Below, piece by piece: positions 57,344 to 64,000 of a DNA stretch of 64,000 bases (the stretch's first letter is position 1; each line of letters opens with the position of its first letter). The notes beneath the pieces were generated by a model. It ran no database searches. It saw only the letters and a program-made list of their open reading frames with translations, and was not told where the DNA came from. A program made the translations under genes and the position numbers. This DNA is from Candidatus Nitrospinota bacterium M3_3B_026. GTDB lineage: Bacteria > Nitrospinota_A > UBA7883 > JBPRGF01. The stretch lies in the NCBI GenBank assembly GCA_051418015.1, contig JBPRGF010000023.1, positions 247,695-311,694 of the forward strand, read 5' to 3'.

Positions 57344-58993
57344 TCACATCCTGTCCGGCGCGGCGACGCCGAGCAGCCGCAGACCGTTTTTCAGGACGAT
57401 TCTCACCGCCGCCGTCAGGGCAAGCCTCGCGCGCGTCAGCTCCAGGTCGCCGGTCACCACCCGGTGGTGTTTGTAAAAGTAGTGGAACCGCGCCGCGATG
57501 TCAGTCAGATGCTGGGTGAGCGGGGGCGCTTGCAGGTTCTCCGCGCAGGCTTGCGCCACCTCCGGGAACCGCGACAGACCCTTGATGAGCGACAGCTCAC
57601 TCTCGCCGCCCAGGAGCTCCTTGCGGACGCGGCCGAACTCCACTTGCTCCACCTCCCGCTCCCTGGCGGTGACGAAGATGTTCGCACAGCGGGCGTGGGC
57701 GTACTGGATGTAGTAGACCGGGTTTTCCTCGCTCTGTTTTTTCGCGAGGTCCACGTCAAAGTCCATGTGGCTGTCCGCCGAGCGCATGAGGAAAAAGTAG
57801 CGGGCCGCGTCCACGCCCACCTCGTCCATGATCTCCCGCAACGTGGTGAAGACGCCGCCCCTGGTGGACATGGCGACAACCTCGCCTCCCCGTTTCAGGT
57901 TGACCATCTGTGACAGGCGGACGACGAGCCTTTCCGGGTCGCTCCCCAGCGCCGCGATGGCGGCTTTCATCCTGGGGATGTAGCCGTGATGATCCGCGCC
58001 CCATATGTCCACCATCTTCGAAAAACCGCGGTCGAGCTTGTTCTTGTGATAGGCGATGTCCGCGGCCAGGTAGGTTGGGGCGCCGTTGGCGCGGCGCACC
58101 ACCCTGTCCTTCTCATCGCCCGCCGTTCCCGTCCGCAGCCAGAGGGCGCCGTCCTTTTCATAAACGCTCCCCGCCTCTTTTAGCTCCTCCAGGAGTTTTT
58201 CGACGCTCCCGGCCTCGTGCAGCGAGGCTTCGGAGAACCATTCGTCATAGTGGACCCTGAAATCGGCCAGGTCTTTCTTTATCCCGGCGAGGATGGCGGA
58301 GGCGGTGAAGCGGCGCGCCTCGTCCAGGGCGTCTTCGCTTTCCAGGATATCCTCCCCCTTTTCATCGAGGAACGAGCGGGCGATCTGTTTTATGTAGTCT
58401 CCCTTGTAGGGCGGCTCCTCGAAATCCCTGCCCAGGAGCTCTTTGGCGCGCTCTATGGTGGATTTGCCGAGGTTGTCCATCTGCAGCCCGGCGTCGTTTA
58501 TGTAGTACTCGGTGTGGACGTCGTATCCCGTCCATCTCAGCAGCCGCGCCAGCGTGTCCCCCACGGCGGCGCCGCGGCCGTGGCCTATGTGCAGGGGGCC
58601 GGTGGGGTTCGCGGAGACGAACTCCACGATGACCTTCTCGCCCCGGCCCATGTCACTTTTGCCGAAATCGTCCCCCGCCTCCAGTATCCCCGCCAGCTCG
58701 TCGGCCCATTTCTCCGGTGGCGCCGTCATGTTTATAAACCCCGGCCCGGCTATGGTGACGGAGGAGAAAAACCCGCTCTTCTCGATCTCCCCGGCGAGCC
58801 TGGCGGCGATCTCCCTCGGGTTCTTTTTAAGCTTCGAGGCCAGCGTCATCGCAAGGTTCAGGGAAAAATCGCCGAACGTCTCGTCCTTCGGGGGGGCCAC
58901 GTCGTAGTCGACCCTCTCGTGGCCGTTCCACCCTTCGGCTTCGGCGGCGGCTTTGAAAGCCTTGTCCACTATCTCTCTGACGGCGTGTATCAT
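57344..58993 (-). CDS. argS: Arginine--tRNA ligase
   Basis: AGPGFIN, EFVSANPTGPLHIGHGR, EYYINDAG, WGADHHGY, MSTR.G, YIQYAHAR. Confidence 0.97.
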   Translation of the reverse strand: MIHAVREIVDKAFKAAAEAEGWNGHERVDYDVAPPKDETFGDFSLNLAMTLASKLKKNPREIAARLAGEIEKSGFFSSVTIAGPGFINMTAPPEKWADELAGILEAGDDFGKSDMGRGEKVIVEFVSANPTGPLHIGHGRGAAVGDTLARLLRWTGYDVHTEYYINDAGLQMDNLGKSTIERAKELLGRDFEEPPYKGDYIKQIARSFLDEKGEDILESEDALDEARRFTASAILAGIKKDLADFRVHYDEWFSEASLHEAGSVEKLLEELKEAGSVYEKDGALWLRTGTAGDEKDRVVRRANGAPTYLAADIAYHKNKLDRGFSKMVDIWGADHHGYIPRMKAAIAALGSDPERLVVRLSQMVNLKRGGEVVAMSTRGGVFTTLREIMDEVGVDAARYFFLMRSADSHMDFDVDLAKKQSEENPVYYIQYAHARCANIFVTAREREVEQVEFGRVRKELLGGESELSLIKGLSRFPEVAQACAENLQAPPLTQHLTDIAARFHYFYKHHRVVTGDLELTRARLALTAAVRIVLKNGLRLLGVAAPDRM

Positions 58994-59117
58994 GAGGCTT
59001 CTTTCCGCGTCTTTCGGGGGTTTATAAATGAATTAAGCTACAACCGGCGAGCTTGCAAGTCAAACGTTTCCATCGCGGCGGCGGGCGGGGCTTTCCGCCG
59101 CAGGGCGCGGGCCGGGG

Positions 59118-60611
59118 CTAAAGCTTCGCCCTCTTCTCCAGGAAGCGGATCATCAGGCGGACGCCGACGCCCGTCCCCCCGCAGGTGAGATAGCCCCGCG
59201 GTTTGCCGGTGAAGGCTGTGCCGGCTATGTCCACATGGGCCCACTTGCCCTTGACGTTCCTTTTCAGGAAGGCCGCCGCCGTTATGGCCCCTCCCCAGCG
59301 GGGGCCGACGTTCTTTATGTCCGCCACGTCGCTTTTGATAAGCTTTTCGTACTCCGGCCAGAGCGGAAGCGGCCACACCCGCTCGCCGGTCTCTTCGCCC
59401 GCCTCTTTTATGGCGTTGACGAGCTCCTCGTCGGTCCCGAACAACCCCGAGGCGTACTCCCCCAGCGCCACCATGCACGCCCCGGTGAGGGTGGCAAGGT
59501 CCACCACGCAGTCGGGTTTGTAGCGCTCGGCGTAGGCCAGCGCGTCGGCCAGGATCAGTCTGCCCTCGGCGTCGGTATTGATGATCTCGAAGGTAACGCC
59601 GGAGAGGCCGGTCACAACGTCGCCCGGCTTGGTGGCGGAGGAGCCGGGCATGTTCTCCGTGGCGGGAACGAGGCCGACGAGGTTGACCTTCAGGTTCAGG
59701 GCCGCGGCGGCCCGCATCGCGGCGATCACCGCCGCCCCGCCGGACATGTCCGATTTCATCTGTTCCATGCTGGCCGAGGGCTTAAGCGATATGCCGCCGG
59801 TGTCGAAGGTGAGCCCTTTGCCGACCAACACTATCGGCTTCTGTTTTTTCGGGCCTTTCATCCACTCCATGATGATGAACCGCGCGGGCTCGCGGCTGCC
59901 GCGGGCAACGGCCATGAGGCCGCCCATCTTCTGTTTTTTTATTCCGGCGGGGTCCAGAACGCTGAGCTTGATCTTGCTCCGCCGGGCGGTCTTCCTCGCC
60001 TCCTCGGCCAGGCGCGAGGGCGTCAGGGCGTTGCCGGGCAGGTTTACGAGGTCGCGGGCGAAACTCGCGGACTCGGCCAGCGCCCTTCCCTTTCGGGCGC
60101 CTTTCGCCATGGCCTTCTCCTGTTTTTCCGACGCGGCGGTCAGTGTCACGGCCTCCACCTTCTTCTCCGACTTTTCGGATTTGAATTTCTCGAAGGTGTA
60201 AAGCGCCAGCACGGCCCCCTCCGTCACCGCTTGCGCGAGATCGGCTGTGTCCGTCTTCTTGACCGGGGTCTGGGCGAGATCCGTGGCGAATCTTTTGACG
60301 CCTTCCCTTCTCATGGCCTTCGCCCCGGCGGCGGCGGCGCGGCGGACAGTCTCCAGCGAAACGTCGTCCTTCTTTCCGAGCCCCACGAACGCCACCATCC
60401 CGGCCGGCAGCCTGCCCATGGTGTCCACAACGTGGACCTGGCCCGCTTTGCCCTCGAAGACTTTCGCCTTCACTGCGCGGGATATTTTCTTGTCCAGCGC
60501 CTTATCGATGGCCGCGAGGGAGCCTTTTATCTTTTCTCCCTCGAAAAGGCCGGTCACGAGCCCTTCGGTCCTGATTTCTTCTATCTTGACAGTCTTGGCG
60601 GTAAACTTCAT
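59118..60611 (-). CDS. pepA: Leucyl aminopeptidase (M17)
   Basis: VGKGLTFDTGG, MKSDMSG, NTDAEGRL.LAD, ATLTGA, HVDIAG. Confidence 0.96.
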   Translation of the reverse strand: MKFTAKTVKIEEIRTEGLVTGLFEGEKIKGSLAAIDKALDKKISRAVKAKVFEGKAGQVHVVDTMGRLPAGMVAFVGLGKKDDVSLETVRRAAAAGAKAMRREGVKRFATDLAQTPVKKTDTADLAQAVTEGAVLALYTFEKFKSEKSEKKVEAVTLTAASEKQEKAMAKGARKGRALAESASFARDLVNLPGNALTPSRLAEEARKTARRSKIKLSVLDPAGIKKQKMGGLMAVARGSREPARFIIMEWMKGPKKQKPIVLVGKGLTFDTGGISLKPSASMEQMKSDMSGGAAVIAAMRAAAALNLKVNLVGLVPATENMPGSSATKPGDVVTGLSGVTFEIINTDAEGRLILADALAYAERYKPDCVVDLATLTGACMVALGEYASGLFGTDEELVNAIKEAGEETGERVWPLPLWPEYEKLIKSDVADIKNVGPRWGGAITAAAFLKRNVKGKWAHVDIAGTAFTGKPRGYLTCGGTGVGVRLMIRFLEKRAKL

Positions 60612-60670
60612 TCAGCCTCCAGAAGCTTTCACTTTTCCAGGGTCAGCGCGAAGCGGAGCCGCGCCCGACA

Positions 60671-60699
60671 AGTATAGTGGCTGAGACGGCCCTCATCAA
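60671..60699 (-). promoter_or_regulatory. Putative sigma70 promoter for pepA
   Basis: Minus strand TTGATG-17 nt-TATACT. Confidence 0.55.
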
Positions 60700-60782
60700 T
60701 CCTTTTCAGGGAAGGCCCTGTGGGCCCCCCTCCGGGGCGGGAGAGCGTACGGGGTAAGCGCGGCCGCGGCCTTAAAGGCCGC

Positions 60783-61052
60783 CTAGCGCTTGCCGCCCTT
60801 CAGGTGGCTTCTGAACGTGCGGGTGGGGGCGAACTCCCCCAGCTTGTGCCCCACCATGTTCTCGGTGACGTATACGGGGATGAACTTTTTACCGTTGTGC
60901 ACGGCGAAGGTGTGCCCCACGAACTCCGGGATGATGGTCGATCTGCGCGACCAGGTTTTTATGATCTTCTTCTCGTTCCTGCTGTTCATCTCCTCGACCT
61001 TCTTGGTCAGGGATGCTTCAACGTATGGTCCTTTTTTCAGAGAACGCGCCAT
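60783..61052 (-). CDS. rpsS: 30S ribosomal protein S19
   Basis: [32 protein letters not shown]. Confidence 0.98.
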   Translation of the reverse strand: MARSLKKGPYVEASLTKKVEEMNSRNEKKIIKTWSRRSTIIPEFVGHTFAVHNGKKFIPVYVTENMVGHKLGEFAPTRTFRSHLKGGKR

Positions 61053-61059
61053 ATCTGCC

Positions 61060-61884
61060 TTACTTTCGTCTCTTTACGATCATTTTGTCTGAGGGCCGAT
61101 TCTTTTTCCTTGTCTTGTATCCCTTCGTGGGTTTGCCCCACGGCGTCACAGGGTGGCGGCCGCCGGAGGTCCTTCCCTCGCCGCCGCCGTGCGGGTGGTC
61201 CACCGGGTTCATGGCCACGCCGCGGACTTTCGGGCGTTTTCCGAGCCATCGGGACCTTCCGGCCTTGCCGAGCGATATGCTCTCCCGCAGCGCCGCGCCG
61301 ACGCCGCCCAAGGTAGCCCTGCATTCCACGGACGTCTTGCGGACCTCGCCGGAGCTGAGCCGGATCAGCGCCTCCTTGCCCTCCTTCGCCATCAGCTGGG
61401 CGGAGCCTCCCGCGGCCCTTACAAGCTGCGCGCCGCGGCCGGGCCTCAGCTCCACGCAGTGGATCACCGCGCCGAGAGGGATCCGCCTGATGGGCAGAGC
61501 GTTGCCGGTCTTTATCTCCGCGTCGGCGCCGGACATCAGCCTGTCACCGGGCTTGACGCCGCTGGGGGCTATTATGTAGCGCTTCTCCCCGTCGGCGTAG
61601 ACGAGCAGGGCGAGGTTCGCCGAGCGGTTCGGGTCGTATTCTATCGCCGCCACCTTCGCCGGGACGCCGTCCTTGTCGCGCTTGAAGTCCACCACTCTCA
61701 ACCGGCGTTTGTGGCCTCCGCCCCGGCGGCGGACGGTGATCCGGCCCCGGTTGTTCCGCCCTGAGGAGCGTTTCTTGGGCTTGAGCAGGGCCTTCTCCGG
61801 CTCGGTCTTCGTGATCTCCTCGAAATCGAGCCCGATCCGCGTTCTAAGCCCGGGCGATGTCGGGTTGTATTTCTTTATTCCCAT
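61060..61884 (-). CDS. rplB: 50S ribosomal protein L2
   Basis: [34 protein letters not shown]. Confidence 0.98.
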   Translation of the reverse strand: MGIKKYNPTSPGLRTRIGLDFEEITKTEPEKALLKPKKRSSGRNNRGRITVRRRGGGHKRRLRVVDFKRDKDGVPAKVAAIEYDPNRSANLALLVYADGEKRYIIAPSGVKPGDRLMSGADAEIKTGNALPIRRIPLGAVIHCVELRPGRGAQLVRAAGGSAQLMAKEGKEALIRLSSGEVRKTSVECRATLGGVGAALRESISLGKAGRSRWLGKRPKVRGVAMNPVDHPHGGGEGRTSGGRHPVTPWGKPTKGYKTRKKNRPSDKMIVKRRK

Positions 61885-61894
61885 GCCGTTCTCT

Positions 61895-62191
61895 TCAAAC
61901 CTGGTCGAACACTTCTATCGTGGAGCCCTTCTTCAGGGTCACCACGGCCTTTTTCCATCCCGGCCTGTAGCCCTGGCTGCGGTAGCCGAGTCTTTTCTTT
62001 TTGCGCTTCACGTTGATGATGTGGACGTCCTCCACGGGCGCCTTGAAAACCTCCTCCACGGCCTGCTTCACCTGCCTTTTACCGGCGCGGGAGTCGACGG
62101 CGAAGGTTATCTTGTTGTGAATCTCCTTCGCGTCAGTGGCCTTCTCGGTGATTATGGGCCTTCGGATGACATCGTGCGCGTCTTTTTTCAT
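61895..62191 (-). CDS. rplW: 50S ribosomal protein L23
   Basis: [22 protein letters not shown]. Confidence 0.96.
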   Translation of the reverse strand: MKKDAHDVIRRPIITEKATDAKEIHNKITFAVDSRAGKRQVKQAVEEVFKAPVEDVHIINVKRKKKRLGYRSQGYRPGWKKAVVTLKKGSTIEVFDQV

Positions 62192-62811
62192 CCCAGTCTC
62201 TCCTGCGCCTTCTCCAGAGCCTGGCTGGTGAAAACTATCCGGTCAGAGTTCAGCAAGTCGTATACGTTCAGCGCCTGGGCCTGGAGCAGCTTCACTTTCG
62301 GCAGGTTCCTGAAGCTGAGCTCGACGTTGGCGTCCCTGCCGTCCAGGACTATGAGCGTCTTGCCGTTCTCCAGCCCCAGGGAGGAAAGCGTTTCCACCGC
62401 CTTTTTCGTTTTGGGCTCGTCCATGGCGAGCTTCTCCACGACGGTTATGGCCCCCTCGCCCGCCTTGAGCGTGAGAGCGGACCGGAGCGCGCCCTTTTTC
62501 ACCTTTTTGGGGATGGTATAGCTGTAGTCGCGAGGCGAGGGGCCGAAGACAACGCCGCCGCCACGGAAAAGGGGCGAACGCAAGGAGCCCGCCCGGGCCC
62601 GTCCGAGCCCTTTCTGGCGCCAGGGTTTCTGTCCACCGCCGCGCGCCTCGCGCCGGTTCTTCGTCTTGCTGGTCCCCCTCCGGCGGCGCGCCATCTGCCA
62701 GACAACCACGTCGCGGATCAGGTGGGGCTTGACCTTCGCCTCGAAAACGGCCGGAGAAAGGTCCACCTCTCCCACCTTCTTGTTCGAGTCGTCGACCACG
62801 GGCTGTTTCAT
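62188..62811 (-). CDS. rplD: 50S ribosomal protein L4
   Basis: R.GT..TK.R, KPWRQKG.GRAR.GS, GGGVVFGP.PR. Confidence 0.97.
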   Translation of the reverse strand: MKQPVVDDSNKKVGEVDLSPAVFEAKVKPHLIRDVVVWQMARRRRGTSKTKNRREARGGGQKPWRQKGLGRARAGSLRSPLFRGGGVVFGPSPRDYSYTIPKKVKKGALRSALTLKAGEGAITVVEKLAMDEPKTKKAVETLSSLGLENGKTLIVLDGRDANVELSFRNLPKVKLLQAQALNVYDLLNSDRIVFTSQALEKAQERLG

Positions 62812-63527
62812 TTCTTTCCGCTCTTTTTCTTGGATGCCTTAAGCGGGTTCACGAACTTGACCTCCTCGGGTCCTTTCTCCCTCTTCTTGCGGCGGAAGCT
62901 CTTCTCCACGTATACCACGGAGCCGTTGGGGCCGGGCGTGGCGCCCCTCACCAGCATCAGGTTCTCCTCCTTGAATATCCTGACCACCTCCAGGTTCAGC
63001 GCCTTGACCTTCTCGCCGCCAAGCCTGCCGGGGAGCTTCTTGCCGGGCAGGACGCGCCCCGGGTAGGTGGCCATGCCTATGGAGCCGGGATGCCTGAACG
63101 ACTCGTGCGTGCCGCGGCTGGCGGGAGCGCCGGAGAAACCGTGCCTCTTGACCACGCCCGCGAACCCGCGTCCCTTGCTCACCCCCGTCACGGAGACGAA
63201 ATGGGTGTCCTCGAAAATGCCGATCCCCAGCGTGTCCCCCGGTTTGGGGTCCTCCTCGCCGCCGTCCAGCCGAAACTCTTTCATGCTCCTGCAGGGTTTC
63301 ACTTTAGCCTTGGCGAAATGGCCCCTCAGGGGCTTGGGGGTCTTTTTCTTGTCCTTTTTCTCCACGGGGCTGAACGCCAGTTGGGCGGCCCGGTAGCCGT
63401 CCTTCTCCAGCGTCTTCACCTGCGTGACGGGGCAGGGGCCGAGTTCCAGGACAGTCACGGGAACCTCGCTTCCGTCCTCCGTGAAAACCTGGGTCATCCC
63501 CAACTTCCTGCCTATCAGGCCGATCAT
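62808..63527 (-). CDS. rplC: 50S ribosomal protein L3
   Basis: G.KLGMTQ, DGY.A.Q, SKGRGFAG..KRHGF, PGSIG; ATG at 63527. Confidence 0.97.
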   Translation of the reverse strand: MIGLIGRKLGMTQVFTEDGSEVPVTVLELGPCPVTQVKTLEKDGYRAAQLAFSPVEKKDKKKTPKPLRGHFAKAKVKPCRSMKEFRLDGGEEDPKPGDTLGIGIFEDTHFVSVTGVSKGRGFAGVVKRHGFSGAPASRGTHESFRHPGSIGMATYPGRVLPGKKLPGRLGGEKVKALNLEVVRIFKEENLMLVRGATPGPNGSVVYVEKSFRRKKREKGPEEVKFVNPLKASKKKSGKK

Positions 63528-63544
63528 GCGTCCCGCCTCTCCCT

Positions 63545-63859
63545 TTAAAGCTTGATCTCTATGTCCACGCCCGACGACAGGTCGAGCTTCATCAGAGCGT
63601 CTACCGTCGTGGGGGACGGCTCCACTATGTCTATCACCCTCTTGTGGGTGCGGATCTCGAACTGTTCCCGAGACTTCTTGTCCACGTGCGGCGAGCGGAG
63701 CACCGTCCACCGGTTCCGCGCCGTGGGCAGAGGTATGGGGCCGATGACCCGCGCCCCGGACTTGCGGACCGTCTCAACGATCTCTTTCACCCCCTGATCC
63801 AGGACCCTGTGGTCGTAAGCCTTCAGCTTTATTCTTATCTTCTGCCCAGTCGTGATCAT
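63545..63859 (-). CDS. rpsJ: 30S ribosomal protein S10
   Basis: [35 protein letters not shown]. Confidence 0.98.
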   Translation of the reverse strand: MITTGQKIRIKLKAYDHRVLDQGVKEIVETVRKSGARVIGPIPLPTARNRWTVLRSPHVDKKSREQFEIRTHKRVIDIVEPSPTTVDALMKLDLSSGVDIEIKL

Positions 63860-63871
63860 CCCGCGCCTTTC

Positions 63872-64000
63872 CTACTCCACTATCTCGGTTATGACGCCCG
63901 CGCCGACGGTGCGGCCGCCTTCGCGGATGGCGAACCGGAGCTCTTTCTCCATCGCGATCGGCGTGATCAGCTCGGCCTCTATGCTCACGTTGTCGCCGGG
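63872..64000 (-). CDS. tuf: Elongation factor Tu, C-terminal fragment (not in the ORF track)
   Basis: Minus strand reads [46 protein letters not shown]. Confidence 0.97.
   Translation of the reverse strand, partial: PGDNVSIEAELITPIAMEKELRFAIREGGRTVGAGVITEIVE

Noticed and set aside
1..64000. tRNA, rRNA, transposase, integrase or prophage genes
   Set aside because: None recognised by eye, and the intergenic gaps are short. A covariance-model scan would be needed to exclude small RNAs fully.

Overview
A GC-rich, gene-dense stretch of core chromosome from a diderm (LPS-making) bacterium. The gene style suggests a deep-branching lineage such as Nitrospinota or Desulfobacterota, which is an unverified inference. 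In order it carries: a DinG/YoaA helicase (5'-truncated), an orphan PAS histidine kinase, a DHH-CBS tRNA nucleotidyltransferase, an ATP-grasp enzyme, NYN, M23 peptidase, pgsA, bioB-bioF plus an unusual response regulator, CBS and RRM proteins, plsC-like, KamA-like radical SAM, rluD, lgt, a Zn-dehydrogenase, a CsgG-like pair, selD (a selenoprotein with in-frame UGA and a SECIS-like hairpin, truncated by the ORF track), DUF374-waaA-amgK, a divergent panC, Sel1, S2P-trpS, a thioredoxin/TolC/mini-adaptor triad, a gspC-N type II secretion cluster, nif3, hemB, a long minus-strand run (kinase-tsaE-lptCAB-rpoN-hpf-ptsN-EIIA-EI-murJ-dtd), argS, pepA, and tuf followed by an S10 operon that stops after rpsS. 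I saw no rRNA, tRNA, CRISPR array, prophage or intact mobile element. The best candidates for new biology are the pump-less thioredoxin-TolC-mini-adaptor operon, the selD leader and recoding signals, the PanC paralogue with an altered active site, the receiver protein with a His/Cys-rich unknown domain, and the S10 operon break. All calls come from reading motifs by eye; no database search was run.
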